IMG/VR virus record: IMGVR_UViG_3300006879_000014
Location: 1 to 31,538 of that record
From: a virus
Taxonomy: Duplodnaviria > Caudoviricetes
DNA length: 31,538 nucleotides
Reading direction: 5' to 3' (one strand)
Shown piece by piece: positions 15,264 through 26,700 of this stretch. The position numbers were made by a program, and so were the translations under genes. How positions within the stretch are numbered: the first letter of the stretch is position 1; every line of letters starts with the position of its first letter. The notes below the pieces were generated by a model, which saw only the letters and a list, made by a program, of their open reading frames with translations, did no database searches and was not told the DNA's origin.

Positions 15264-18077
15264 ATGCCCGACGTCATTCGCAACAATTTCACGAGCGGAG
15301 AACTTGACCCCTCGCTCCACCACAGGCCTGAGCTAGAGCAGTATCAATCCGGCGCAAGGCTCCTGACGAACTTCATCGTAAAGCCCCAAGGCGGCCTCTC
15401 TAAGAGACGAGGCACCCGTGTGCTCGGAGAGAGCCCGGACATCCTAGTACCATTCATCTTCGACGAGAACGAAAACTACATCGTAGGCATCGCCTCCGGC
15501 GGCGCCGTTCGCGTGACCACGATCGGAGGAGAGGCGGCCATCATGGAGGGTGAGACAGGCTTGGGAGTTTCCGGCCTGAGCCCGTTGGACATCGACTACG
15601 CGCAGAACGCAGACGTGTTGGTGATCGCCACAGGAAAGGCGGCCCCTTCTTTCTTGAAGAGAGTATCGAAAAGCCCCTTGAAGTTCGAGCTTGAGCGGGC
15701 GGTGTTCGGGCCGAAGAATAAGCCCCCTGTCATCCGAACGGGGGGATCAGAGAATGTTACCTACTTAGGCAGACGGAATGTCGGGGCCCCTCCCGGAGGG
15801 ACCTCGCAGTACGTAGGTAGGCTGGAAGTGAGTTTCCCGAAGCCAACCTCGTCCCCCCGACCCGTATTCAAAGACGGGGATGAGGTCACCGTGTGGGGGT
15901 TTTGGGGGGAAGACGAGGTCACCAATAAAATCTCCGGGAGTCCGGAGCTCAAAGAGGCGCAAGCCCCCGATGAATACACTGGCGCGAAACTGTATCGTTC
16001 GGTGGTGTACGAGGTCATTCTCTCAGGATCCTCAGACCCGTTTGGGAGCCTCCCGTACCCCCCTTCGATGGCCAAGGGATACTTGCGAGGAGGAGGCAAG
16101 ACCACTGGATCCGCCACCAGCGATAAGGACGTCACAAACAGCTACGTGGTGACTTCAGTGATTGACGGAGAAGAGACCTACCCCTCGGCTCCCGTGGACG
16201 TAGATTCAAAAGCACTGGACTCCGCGTATGGAGTCAGGCTGTCGTGGACGCTACAGGAAGACCCGGTCGACGGAGGGGAGCTGTCTCACTACCGGGTATA
16301 CAAAGAGACCCCCTACGGGTCCGGCCACTACGGGTGGATAGGCGACGCCTCGTCCAACTCATTCAATGATTTCAACTTGGCGGGAGTCACCTCCGACACC
16401 CCTCCTCATGACTTCTTCGAGCCCGAAAAACCAAGAGCCACTGCGTTCTACCAGCAGAGATTAGTTTACGGAGGCGACGAAGGAAGCCCCTTGGCGTTGA
16501 CCGCCACGGCGACCGGATCGTTCACGGACGTGACGCACCGCCGCCCTGCAGGAGAAGCGGACGCGTTCCGCCTCGGCATCTCAGCATCGAGGTTCGACCG
16601 GGTGCAGCACCTAGAGACCGCCGATACGTTGGTGATCCTCTCTGCTGGCGGCGTGTGGCGGTCCACGGAAGGGGAGTCAGAGAAGTTCACGCCGGAGACT
16701 ACCACCGTGCGGAAAATCAGCGCGTTCGGATCGGACGAAGTAAAGCCGGTTCACGTAGGATCTTCGGTGGTGTACTCACAGGCAGGAACCTCAAAGATCA
16801 GGGACCTCTTCGCCCCAAGCAGTCCTCAAGGAGAGAACACGGACCTCACGATCTTGTGCCCCCATCTGTTTGTAGGCAAGAAGATCATGCAGCTCTCTTA
16901 CTCCGAGAACCCCGTCCCGACGGTCTGGGCGGTGGTGGCCCATCGAGAGCCCAACGATAACTTCCTGACCAACCCGAGAGAGCTGTACGCGATGACGTAC
17001 GACAGAGAGCAAGGGGTCAATGCGTGGTCTAGGGTAGACTTCGGCGAGAGCAAGACCGTCGCATATAAGCACTACCAATCTACGGTGGTGGGGGCGACAC
17101 GGAACGACAGATACGTCCTTACGATGCAAAGAGAGATCCGGGGCGTCACGGTGCTGCCCTCTCCGCAAGGGGACCGGGTAGTGTTCTCATTGAAGTGGTC
17201 TCTTAGAAGGGCCCAATACGCGTGGTTCGAGGGGCAGAGAGATCCCACAGGGGACGGTTCAGGAGGGAACGTCGTCGAGACGAAAACCATCCTAGAAGAA
17301 CTAGAGCCCGACAGGAACTCAACCTTGGACTTCAGCGCGAGGATGGATGGGACTCCCACCAACTCCCGCATCGGGAGACTCGGGAGTGATGGCGGTTTTT
17401 GGTGGGAGCTATTCCAAGACATCATGGACCAGTACACCCAACTGCCCACGCCCTCCGGCGGGACATTGGTGGACTTCGTGAGGCCCGAAGGGAGCTTTGT
17501 AGGGATCACAAGGGAGGGGATCGAAGTCCCTCTCATGAAGGTCGAGGAAGAAAGTTCGGGGAACCACCGACTCCACTTCGGGGAGGAGGACAAATTGTCA
17601 TACATCTCGGAAGGGACCTCGACAGCTGGCGGAGGGGGGAACGCGTTCGCCTTCGACAAGAACAGTTATGTGGGGATGAAATTCCCGGCACGAGTGGAGT
17701 TGCTCCCCGTCGCAGGCGCAGAGACCCCACACCGAGCCCTCAAGTCAGTAAACAGAGTCACCCTGTGGGTGAAGGACACAGTCACTCCGCTACACGTAGG
17801 GCAGCTGTTCCTGAACCAACACGGCACCGGACCCAACACTCCTGACGTGCCTTGGGATGCGCTTACCAAATCGTTCATCACGGTGGTGCCCGGCGAAGAG
17901 CTGTGGGAGGTGAAGGACCGGAACGTGGAGGATGCGTACGGAGGCCCTCACCCTATGACTGGCGCCCTCGAAGCGGAAGTGATAGGGCAGTGGGACACCA
18001 ACGCCTCGGTGGTAGTAGAGCACCGGGGGAGCCGAACGTGTGAGATTTTAGCGGTGGAGTACGACGTCGATGCTTAG
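15264..18077 (+). CDS. Tail tubular protein B / nozzle (T7 gp12-like, 937 aa)
   Basis: NNFTSGELDP.L..R..L..Y..G...L.NFIV.PQGG..KRRGT; P....FYQQRLVYGG; DLTIL.PHLF; TYDREQGVNAWSR. Confidence 0.92.
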   Translation: MPDVIRNNFTSGELDPSLHHRPELEQYQSGARLLTNFIVKPQGGLSKRRGTRVLGESPDILVPFIFDENENYIVGIASGGAVRVTTIGGEAAIMEGETGLGVSGLSPLDIDYAQNADVLVIATGKAAPSFLKRVSKSPLKFELERAVFGPKNKPPVIRTGGSENVTYLGRRNVGAPPGGTSQYVGRLEVSFPKPTSSPRPVFKDGDEVTVWGFWGEDEVTNKISGSPELKEAQAPDEYTGAKLYRSVVYEVILSGSSDPFGSLPYPPSMAKGYLRGGGKTTGSATSDKDVTNSYVVTSVIDGEETYPSAPVDVDSKALDSAYGVRLSWTLQEDPVDGGELSHYRVYKETPYGSGHYGWIGDASSNSFNDFNLAGVTSDTPPHDFFEPEKPRATAFYQQRLVYGGDEGSPLALTATATGSFTDVTHRRPAGEADAFRLGISASRFDRVQHLETADTLVILSAGGVWRSTEGESEKFTPETTTVRKISAFGSDEVKPVHVGSSVVYSQAGTSKIRDLFAPSSPQGENTDLTILCPHLFVGKKIMQLSYSENPVPTVWAVVAHREPNDNFLTNPRELYAMTYDREQGVNAWSRVDFGESKTVAYKHYQSTVVGATRNDRYVLTMQREIRGVTVLPSPQGDRVVFSLKWSLRRAQYAWFEGQRDPTGDGSGGNVVETKTILEELEPDRNSTLDFSARMDGTPTNSRIGRLGSDGGFWWELFQDIMDQYTQLPTPSGGTLVDFVRPEGSFVGITREGIEVPLMKVEEESSGNHRLHFGEEDKLSYISEGTSTAGGGGNAFAFDKNSYVGMKFPARVELLPVAGAETPHRALKSVNRVTLWVKDTVTPLHVGQLFLNQHGTGPNTPDVPWDALTKSFITVVPGEELWEVKDRNVEDAYGGPHPMTGALEAEVIGQWDTNASVVVEHRGSRTCEILAVEYDVDA

Positions 18078-18528
18078 GTATGTAAGCCCTTCGCGGGAGA
18101 AAGTGCAGAGAATCATCGACGACATGAGGGAAGGGGACGTCGAAGAGCTGGCGGCCGGCGGCTGGGCTCCTGAGGACCTCCACCAGTTCGTGCAGGGGGC
18201 GCGGGTCTGTGTGATCGCAGAAGTGAACCGGGTCCCGTGTGCGATCTTTGGAGTCACGAAAACCGGCACTCTGCTGAACCCTAGGTACTCCCCGTGGATG
18301 CTCGGTGCAACAGAGTTGCACAAACACCCAAGACACCTGTTGTCTGAATCTAAGAAGATAGTCTATACTGTCCTGAATGAGTTTGAGGAACTAGAGAACT
18401 GGGTGTACGAGGGAAGCGAGAGCAGCGTCAGATGGCTGACGTGGCTAGGGTTCACGATAGAAGCCCCGGTGCCAGTAGGGCCTGAAGGCCAGAAGTTCCA
18501 CAAATTTTGGATTAAGAAAGAGGGTTAG
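18070..18528 (+). CDS. Internal virion protein A-like / GNAT-fold protein (T7 gp13-like, 152 aa)
   Basis: MREGDVEEL, PWMLGA, LENWV...SVRWLTWLGFTI; position after the nozzle gene. Confidence 0.8.
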   Translation: MLRYVSPSREKVQRIIDDMREGDVEELAAGGWAPEDLHQFVQGARVCVIAEVNRVPCAIFGVTKTGTLLNPRYSPWMLGATELHKHPRHLLSESKKIVYTVLNEFEELENWVYEGSESSVRWLTWLGFTIEAPVPVGPEGQKFHKFWIKKEG

Positions 18529-18530
18529 AT

Positions 18531-19001
18531 ATGTGCGGACCAATTGCGGCAGCGGCAGCGGTGGGCGTGGGCATGTTTGGTTTGAATGTTCACATGGGAG
18601 AGCAGCAGGCGAAAGCGGAAAACGCCACCGCGCGATATAACGCAAGGCTCCAAGAGATTGAGTCTCGAAAGACAGAGAACAAAGGGGTCTTCGAGGAGAA
18701 CAAGTTCCGGGCAGAATTGCAGGATCGAATCTCCTCACAGAGGGCGCAGCTGGCAGGGGCAGGGTTCGACGTGAACTTCGGCTCCGGCCTTGCGCTCCAA
18801 GAAGACCAGTTGGCCGCCGGGCAGGCGGACGCGTTGATGATCCGACAGAACTACATGGATCAGTCGGAGGCCCTGCAAATGGCAGCCCAGAACACACTTC
18901 TCACTGGTAGAAATAACGCGAGACTTGCGAGACTACGAGGCGTTACCGGCGGGATTTCTGCAGGACTAGGCGCCGCGACAGGGGTAGCCTCCTTGTTCTA
19001 A
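18531..19001 (+). CDS. Internal virion (ejection) protein B-like (T7 gp14 position, 156 aa)
   Basis: MCGP + Ala/Gly hydrophobic N-terminus, QRAQLAGAGFDVNFGS motif, Gly/Ala-rich C-terminus. Confidence 0.82.
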   Translation: MCGPIAAAAAVGVGMFGLNVHMGEQQAKAENATARYNARLQEIESRKTENKGVFEENKFRAELQDRISSQRAQLAGAGFDVNFGSGLALQEDQLAAGQADALMIRQNYMDQSEALQMAAQNTLLTGRNNARLARLRGVTGGISAGLGAATGVASLF

Positions 19002-19012
19002 GAGGAAATACA

Positions 19013-20794
19013 ATGGCACTTAAAGTTCAGCGACACACCGTATCCCCCGAGGTAGCCCGCCAGCAGGGCTTTCAGACTCCAAACGTAGGTGCGCAGGAGA
19101 TCACGAGTGCGGCATCTTCAATAGTTGGGTCAGGGACTGACCTTGCCCGCATGGCTCAAGAAGCGAGCGCGGAGTCCGCCCTCGCGAACGCCGATGCTGC
19201 GGTGAGAGAACTCCTATTCAACCCTGAGACCGGGTACTACCACTCCCAAGGCGAGGCAGCATACAAAAGTCTCGACGTTACCAAAGAGCGCATCACAGGC
19301 ATTCAGCAGGCATACGGCAGAGAACTCTCGGGAGCTTCCCGGAAGGCGTACGAGAGAGCCGTGGCGAAGAAGAACCAAGACCACTTTAGCCGAGTCGACA
19401 CTCACGGGGTGAAAGGCCTCAGGGTGTGGAGAGAGACCACAACCAAAGCCTTGGTGGACAACCAGACCACATGGGCCTACCACAACTTTAACCTTCTCGA
19501 CGAGCAGGTAGGGCACGAGAACTTCCTCGCGGGACGAGGCCAGTTAGTGTCTCTGCTGGAAGAGCAAGGGGTGGATGACCCTGAGGAAGTCAAGCGCCGT
19601 CTGCGCGGGTACGACTCTGAGTTCTTTTCCAACGCCATCACCGGGGCCTTGAACCAAGGGTATGGCCCTGCGAAAGAAGTGTTCGACAAGCACGGCGATA
19701 AGATCCAAGACAAAGACATCCGGGAAAAAGTGCTGAGAGACCTTTCGCTCGCGAAGAAGCGGGAGGAGGAGATGGTGAATAGCGCGAACGCCACCGCCCT
19801 CGCTCACCAGTTAGTACAGAGATTCGACAGTCAGGCTGACATCCTCGACTACATCGTAGGGATGCCGGACAAAGACCTCGCGGCCCGTGTGACGCCTGAG
19901 GTCCTGAAACTCCACAACGCGTACAAGAACGCCCGAGAGGAGGCGTCTCTCGACTCCCTAGAGATCGCAGATCAATACTTCCGGGAGGACCCCAACGCCT
20001 CCCTTGGTGAGTTCATCGCTAACTTCCCGGACCAGTGGGACTCTCTGACGGAGAGCCAGAAACAAGACGTCCGCACGCGAAAGGTGACGTCGACGGACTG
20101 GACGGAGTACAACCGTTACCTCGCGATGGGCGACGGTTTGGTGAACATTGAAGTAGACGAGCTGACTCGGAACCTCGCGATCCCTGAGCGCAAGAAAATC
20201 ATGGACCTGCGCCGGAAGATCATGGAAGACAAAGGAATCCTCCCCGGCTCCCGAAGAGACCCGGAAGGCATCACAGTAGAGCCCGGGATCAGTGTCTCCA
20301 ACGCTCGCTACACTCAGCAGCGGGTAGAGACGATCCTAGGGCCCTCAGCTAACTGGGGTCGAGCCACGAAAGAGAAGGCGTCCGAACTCCACCGGATCAT
20401 CCAAGAAGAGACCCGGGCGGCAGCGATGGGCAAGCCGGGCAACCGACTCTCCTCTCAGGAGTACATGACGATCGTGGATGACATCACTGCCCGGCACCGC
20501 CTCGGAGAGCGTACTTGGTTCGGGTACGGGGCCCCCCAAGAGCACAACATAGGACAGCTTTCGCCCGAAGAGGTCAAGAACAATACGGAGTGGCTCCGCG
20601 ACAATGACCTCCCTGTAAACAGCCGGACGATTCTCGCGATGTCGCAGCGAGGAGGGGCACAGTCGGAGCAACTGAACAATCCCAACAGCAGACTGTACCA
20701 AGGGCTTGCGCACATTCTGAAGGAAAGAGGTTTGGTGGTATCCCCACGAAACCTCCAACTACTTTATCTGACCCTAGAAACTTTACCTGAGTAA
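19013..20794 (+). CDS. Internal virion (ejection) protein C-like (T7 gp15 position, 593 aa)
   Basis: GAGGA RBS; helical; LFNPETGYY..QGEAA motif; position in the ejectosome cluster. Confidence 0.75.
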   Translation: MALKVQRHTVSPEVARQQGFQTPNVGAQEITSAASSIVGSGTDLARMAQEASAESALANADAAVRELLFNPETGYYHSQGEAAYKSLDVTKERITGIQQAYGRELSGASRKAYERAVAKKNQDHFSRVDTHGVKGLRVWRETTTKALVDNQTTWAYHNFNLLDEQVGHENFLAGRGQLVSLLEEQGVDDPEEVKRRLRGYDSEFFSNAITGALNQGYGPAKEVFDKHGDKIQDKDIREKVLRDLSLAKKREEEMVNSANATALAHQLVQRFDSQADILDYIVGMPDKDLAARVTPEVLKLHNAYKNAREEASLDSLEIADQYFREDPNASLGEFIANFPDQWDSLTESQKQDVRTRKVTSTDWTEYNRYLAMGDGLVNIEVDELTRNLAIPERKKIMDLRRKIMEDKGILPGSRRDPEGITVEPGISVSNARYTQQRVETILGPSANWGRATKEKASELHRIIQEETRAAAMGKPGNRLSSQEYMTIVDDITARHRLGERTWFGYGAPQEHNIGQLSPEEVKNNTEWLRDNDLPVNSRTILAMSQRGGAQSEQLNNPNSRLYQGLAHILKERGLVVSPRNLQLLYLTLETLPE

Positions 20795-20799
20795 CTTAT

Positions 20800-23700
20800 A
20801 TGTTTGAGAACTTGGACACCACGGGCGTAAATTGGGACCTCTTCGACGAAGAAGAAAGTCCCCAAGAAGATGGCTTGCTCCTTGAAGAAGAGCAAACGGT
20901 AGGGGATCCCCTTGAGATGGCCCCCGAAACTTTAGAGCCCAATGTGCCTCCCGAGAAGGAGATCGTCGACGGCCTTGAGGACATGACCCGGGCCGCCGCA
21001 ACGAAGGACGTCGACGAGTATTCCCGACTGCTGGACTTGAGCAGACGCACGGGCGTTCCTCCGGGAGCGTTTGAAAGAGACCCCGCTCTCGCTCGCCAGT
21101 TTGAGGCAGCATCCGAGGAAGAGGTTCTCGCAGCGCATTCCCTAGCCACTCACCACCCCGAAACTGCAAGGCTCCTCGCGAATAACCCGGACCTAGGGAT
21201 CCCCGCGTTCGGCGAGTACGGCGTCATCAACTCCATTGGTGAGACATTCCGAGGCCTTGGAAGAGAGATCGGCTACATGGTCGACCAGCGAAACATTGGC
21301 CTCCGCCTCTCCCAGTGGAGAGAACACGAGTTCTTGGATCCCGACACCAGCAAACACGCGAACCCCTACTCCGGGAGCATCAGCTCTGACATTCAGATGA
21401 GGCTGCTAGGACAGGACCTCCTAGTCAGTGACCTACTTACCGAGCAGGGGCTGGACCCTGACGACGAGTCTCTCTACCCGAAAACTCCGGAAGAGTTCGA
21501 CAAGATGAGGGCGAAGGCCCTGCGGGACTACTCGCAGAAGTGGCAAGAGACCGAAGAGAAAGTAGTCAACGTGACCCCCGCAGACCTCAACCTTGTTCAG
21601 CAGGGATTGCGGATGGGCGTGGCCGGTCTCGCTACCGAGGGGCCCGCGATGGTTGCCTCGCTGATCCCTTTCGCAGGCACCGCACTAGGTACAGCGATGA
21701 CTTACCACAACTCGTACGGGGATCACTATGGCCGTGGGTACAGTACCTTCCTCGAACAAGGGATGGAAGAGAGCGTCGCAGCCGAGAGAGCGGAGTCTTA
21801 CGCCCGCACTGCGGCGACGATAGATGGGGCGACGAGTATCATCCCCCTCGGTGCGTTCGGCCGAGTGTTCGGCGGAGCCCCGGGGCGGCAGGCATATCAA
21901 CGCACAGTAGGAACGGCCACCACTGCGGTGGGTGAAAAGATAGGAGGCAAGGCAGGCGAGTTCTTGGTGCGACGAGGTGCCGCGAATGTTGCCCGAGGAT
22001 CAGTCCCCCTCGCGTCACAGACCATCCGAACTCGAATCAAAGATCACCTCGCAACCTTCCTGCTTTCGAGCGGGATCGGGATGCAAGTGGACGCCTTGCT
22101 GCTAGGACTCAACGACACGTGGAACGAGATCGACGAAGAAGCACACCGCATGATGTCTGAAGGGGATCTCGCGGGCTGGGCACACCACCAGCTAGATAAG
22201 CAACTGATCGCGTTGGTGGCGTCCACGATCTCCGACGGCTCCTTTGCCCTCGCAGGCGCAGGCGCGGGGAAGGCAAGGGACCTTCTGTTCCTGAAGAAAG
22301 AAGACGCCCCGGCCACTCCGGAAGCTTCTGACACTCCGGACTCCCTCGACACCTCAGACACTCCGGAAACTCCGGAAACTCCGGAAACTCCCCGAGACAT
22401 CAGGGACAGAGATCCTCGCGTGGGGGAACTCATGGACTCGGTGGCCCGGTCGAAGATGGCCAAGCGATCTCCGGAAGCATTGCTGCAGACCACTAAAAGT
22501 CTTGGTGGGGACGACATCACTATCGTGCTTGACCGGGACGCAGCGACGGAATACCTCGCGACGAAAACAAGAGAAGAGATCGAGAGCGACACCTCCTTGC
22601 GGATGATCCAAGAGCGCCTGCAAAACTCACAGGACGAAGGCACTGACGTCACCATGACGGGCACAGAGTTCGTGACCCAAGTCGCCGTGACAGAGCACGC
22701 GAGGGCGCTGCACCATGCGCTCACCACCGAGGAGGGCGGGATCTCTCCGTTCCGTGAGGCCCGGAACTTAGGCGAGGCGATGGAAGATCTCATCACCGCC
22801 AGCCGGGAGAACGCACAGCTCGCGAGAGAAGTGCAGGACGTTACCTCCCGGGTGAAGAACGACCTCATCTCCTCGGGCAGATACTCGAAGGTAGAAGCGA
22901 ACACGATGGGGCAGGTGGTCGCGGCGTATGTGATCGCGAAAGCCCGCGCCGCGAACATTACCCCCGAAGAAGCCCTGACTCGCGGAGGCAACTTCCTCCG
23001 CATTCTCGGGCCCATGTCAGGCCGTCCCACGGAAGCTACCCGGGTCCTTACGCAGAAAGGGGGCGAACTCTCTTTCAGCCAAATGGACGACTCCGCGAGA
23101 GCCCGAAGGCTTTTCACCAAGCTTCAGAACGAAGCGGTGGATTCCCTCGGCGACGGGCGGGAAAGATTCACCGAGAAGCAGACCTCTTCCTCCCTGAAGG
23201 GCGCTCGCATGTTCATCTCTGAAGATCAGAAATCTGGATTCGCGATAGACTCCGAGGGTGAGATCGTCGGCATGTTCAAGCACCGGGAAGCCTCTCACTC
23301 GTCCGTACTTGAAGAGGCGCTGTCCCATGCAAGAGCGCACGGCGCTACCAAGTTCACAGGGTTTGAAGTAGAGGCTCTGCAGAAGAAGATCAAAGACGGC
23401 GGGTTCGTGGAAGTCTCGCGGGAGAGTTTCGATCCCGAAGCCGCCCCCACCGGGTGGGACACAGAGACCCAAGGGACTCCTGACCGGGTGACCTACGAGC
23501 CCCGCCAAGACGCAACGGGCGAGGAGACCATGGGCTTCTTCGAGGGCGTAGCGCGTGGGGAACACGGCCGCCCGGACGAAGTGAAATTCATGCCCCAGAT
23601 GAGAGAGCTGTCGGAAACGATCAGCGACCCTGAGACTCGTTTCGGTAGGTTCCACCAAGAGTACGTAAGGCACTCCGGTCACTTTGACGATCACATCGCG

Positions 23701-26700
23701 CAGTCGATCCCCGGCTATCGGGACTTCCAATACGCGATCGGCATCGGCCTCCTTGAGACGCTCAAGGGCGGGGGCACTTTCCTAGACATTGGTGCGTCCC
23801 AAGGCACGCAGGCGAAGAGCCTTAGCTCTCTGTCAGGCGGCAAGATCCTAACGGTATCTTTGGACCCTAACTTGGGAATGAAAGATACGTTTAACTCAAT
23901 CTCTCAGGTCGAAGGGGCAAGGTTCGAGCACGGAGCGCTGGGCTTCTATCCCTACCAGCGGGCGGGTGAGATCGCGTGGACGGAGTCAGATGGCACCCCG
24001 GTCCGTTACTGGGACAACAAGGGCGAGACGTTTGACGTAGTACACGAAGCCATGACTTTCCAATTCATCAGCCCGGACCGAAGAGCCCACATCGCGCGCA
24101 CGAAAGAACTCTTGGCTGAAGATGGCATCGCGATTTTCCAAGAGAAAGTAGTAACGGAAGACGCCGAATGGCAAGCCCACGAGGCCGCGAAAGACTCGTT
24201 CAAGAAGGAAACTTTCTCAGAGAAGGACATGCAGGAGAAAGCGGAGACGGTCCTCACCGGGATGAAGGCCAACCAAGTTCACGAGGCGGAGCTGGTGGCA
24301 GAACTCCGACGCCATTTTAAGTACGTCGCGCAGATCTGGGACTCCGGGAACTTCAAGGGGTACGCAGCTTCAGACAGCGAGAGCAAGGTCATCAACCTCA
24401 TGAACAACACCCCCGACACCAAGACTAAATGGGACACCCGCAACAGAGGGGTTAAGACCTCAGGTGAGCGACAAGCGGATGGCTCTTTAGTGGGCCTCCC
24501 GAGGATCCGAGGCGCTGCCCACAACCCAGCAGTGGCCGCAGTTGCTGAGGCGTACATGCAAGGAGCGGGGATGCCCTACGACCCTCCGGCACATTACGCT
24601 CAGGTAAACGTGTCGTGGGCGGAGGAGATCGCCCGTCTCTATGGCGAGATGGAACACGCCCCCAACGACCCGGTGGTGAAGGCCGCCTACGACGCCATGA
24701 TCGAGGAGACGCTCGCTCAGTATGAAGTGATGCTAGACTCCGGCGTGCAGATTGAAATCATGGACATGACCAAGGGGGATGCTTATGGCGGGGACCCGAG
24801 GAAAGCTATCGAAGATGTGAGAGACAACAACCACCTTTACATCTTCGGCACCAAAGATGGGTATGGGCCTGACACGGTGCTCGACCCCTCCGACAATCCC
24901 ATGGTGAGGGAGACTAGATACACTGACGTGAACGGAGTCCCGCTACTGGCGAACGACGTATTCCGGGCAGTGCACGATTACTTCGGCCACGCGAAAGAAG
25001 GAGTAGGGTTCCGCGCTGCAGGGGAAGAGAACGCGTGGCGAGCCCACGCAGCCATGTACTCCCCCTTGGCCCGCAGAGCCATGACCGCAGAGACGCGTGG
25101 ACAGAACTCATGGGTGAACTACGGACCTCATGGCGAGCACAACCGGACTGCGACCGACGACACTATCTACGCGGACCAGAAAGTCGGGCTGCTGCCTGAA
25201 TGGGTTAGCGAGGCAGGTCGCAATGACGACAACCTACCGACTCCCATCATGCGGCAGTCATTCACCCGCCAGCTATCCCCTGAGGATTCTCCGGGCAAAC
25301 TGTACCAACGATCGGAGGCGGAAGCCTATCCTTTGGTGGAGCACGAAGTCCGATTCTCCCCGGCCCTTGAGGCGATCCGGGAGGGGGATTCCCCTGAGAG
25401 CGCGACCCCCAAAGAATGGAGAGAGTGGATTCAGGAGAGAGTTACTCTTGGAGAGATCTCTGACAGCGAGGCGCGGTGGCTGGGCGTAGGACCTGAGCTC
25501 CGAGGACAGCGAGGTGCGATCTCCAAAGATGAGATCTCTGCCTTGATCGAAAGCACAATGCAGACCGAGACAGTGGAGACTGAGACATTCACTGACCTCA
25601 TGGACGCGACGGAAGTGATCGAGGCGCGGGCGTCCTCTATCGGAGAAGCTCGGGCCCTCGCGAAAGAAGCTCTGATCCGAGGGGTAGAGGCCCTGACCCT
25701 CACGGGCGAGCCTTCTCCGGAAGCAGTTGCTTGGCTAAAAGGGCTCGGCCTGAAAGAGACCACCGTGGCCCGGGGGGTTGTCGATTCCTCGGAGCAGCCG
25801 ATCTTCTCTGCGTACGAGATGACTGACCGCGCGAAAGAGGCGATCCTTGCCTCCGGTATCTTCTTCCAGCGAGCGGATTCCCCTGAGATCCGAGGGTACT
25901 ACGAGCCGGACAACAACTTGATCCGACTGACCGACTCTGCAAACTTGTCTACCTTCTTGCACGAGTTCGCCCACTTCATGTTGGAGGCAGAGGCGAGCGG
26001 GTCGGAGACTGACCTTCGGGTAACGAAGTGGCTGTTCGACAACGCCGAGGCCGGTGCGACGGAAACCAACTCCATCCTGAACGAACTGGCGGACCCTGAG
26101 CTCCACCAAAAAGCGTACCACGCATCTACCCGGATCCTGAACGAGTTCTCGGTGGAAGCGGCGTCCCGTGAAGAAGGATTCGGGGGAGGGAGTCACTGGG
26201 GCGTCCACTTCACCAAGACAGAAAGCATGGCGGAATGGTACCGAGAGGCAGCGAAGTCGAAGGAAGGGAGAGGCGAGGTAACACCGGCAGAGATCCCTGA
26301 CTCTGAAGTGCTCCTGCAAGGCGGAAAGTCCGTAGACGAACAGTCCCCTTGGGTGCGCGAGCGCCTCTTGACTGTGTTCGACATGTTCGCTCCCCGAGGT
26401 CCCGCGAAGGGATACATGATGGACGGCGTCTTGGCGGAGCCCGGAAGCCCTGCGTACCGCGCGGCAGAGTTGCTCGCGAACCTCGGCAAAGAGGACGCGG
26501 TCAAAGAGCAGGCGCAAAGGATTAAGTGGGCGAAGGAAGACGGCGACGCGCAGAGAGTTGACGCGTTGGAAGGGCAGATGCAGATCCTTGAAGCGGCGTT
26601 CTCCTCGGAGATCGTGCAAGGGGACTTGACTCGACAGCCCGGGGAAATGTCCGCCGATGATTTCTACAACTACATGGCCCTCAAACTGGGAGGCCGCCAA

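Noticed and set aside
19013-22300. Lytic transglycosylase/lysozyme domain expected in ejection proteins
   Set aside because: No ES..N...S..GA.GLMQ-type motif was recognised; a divergent muralytic domain cannot be excluded without a profile search.
23671-24372. DarB-like DNA adenine methyltransferase/helicase assignment for the SAM-binding module
   Set aside because: No NPPY/DPPY catalytic motif and no SNF2 helicase motifs; the flanking motifs match the CmoA-like class instead.
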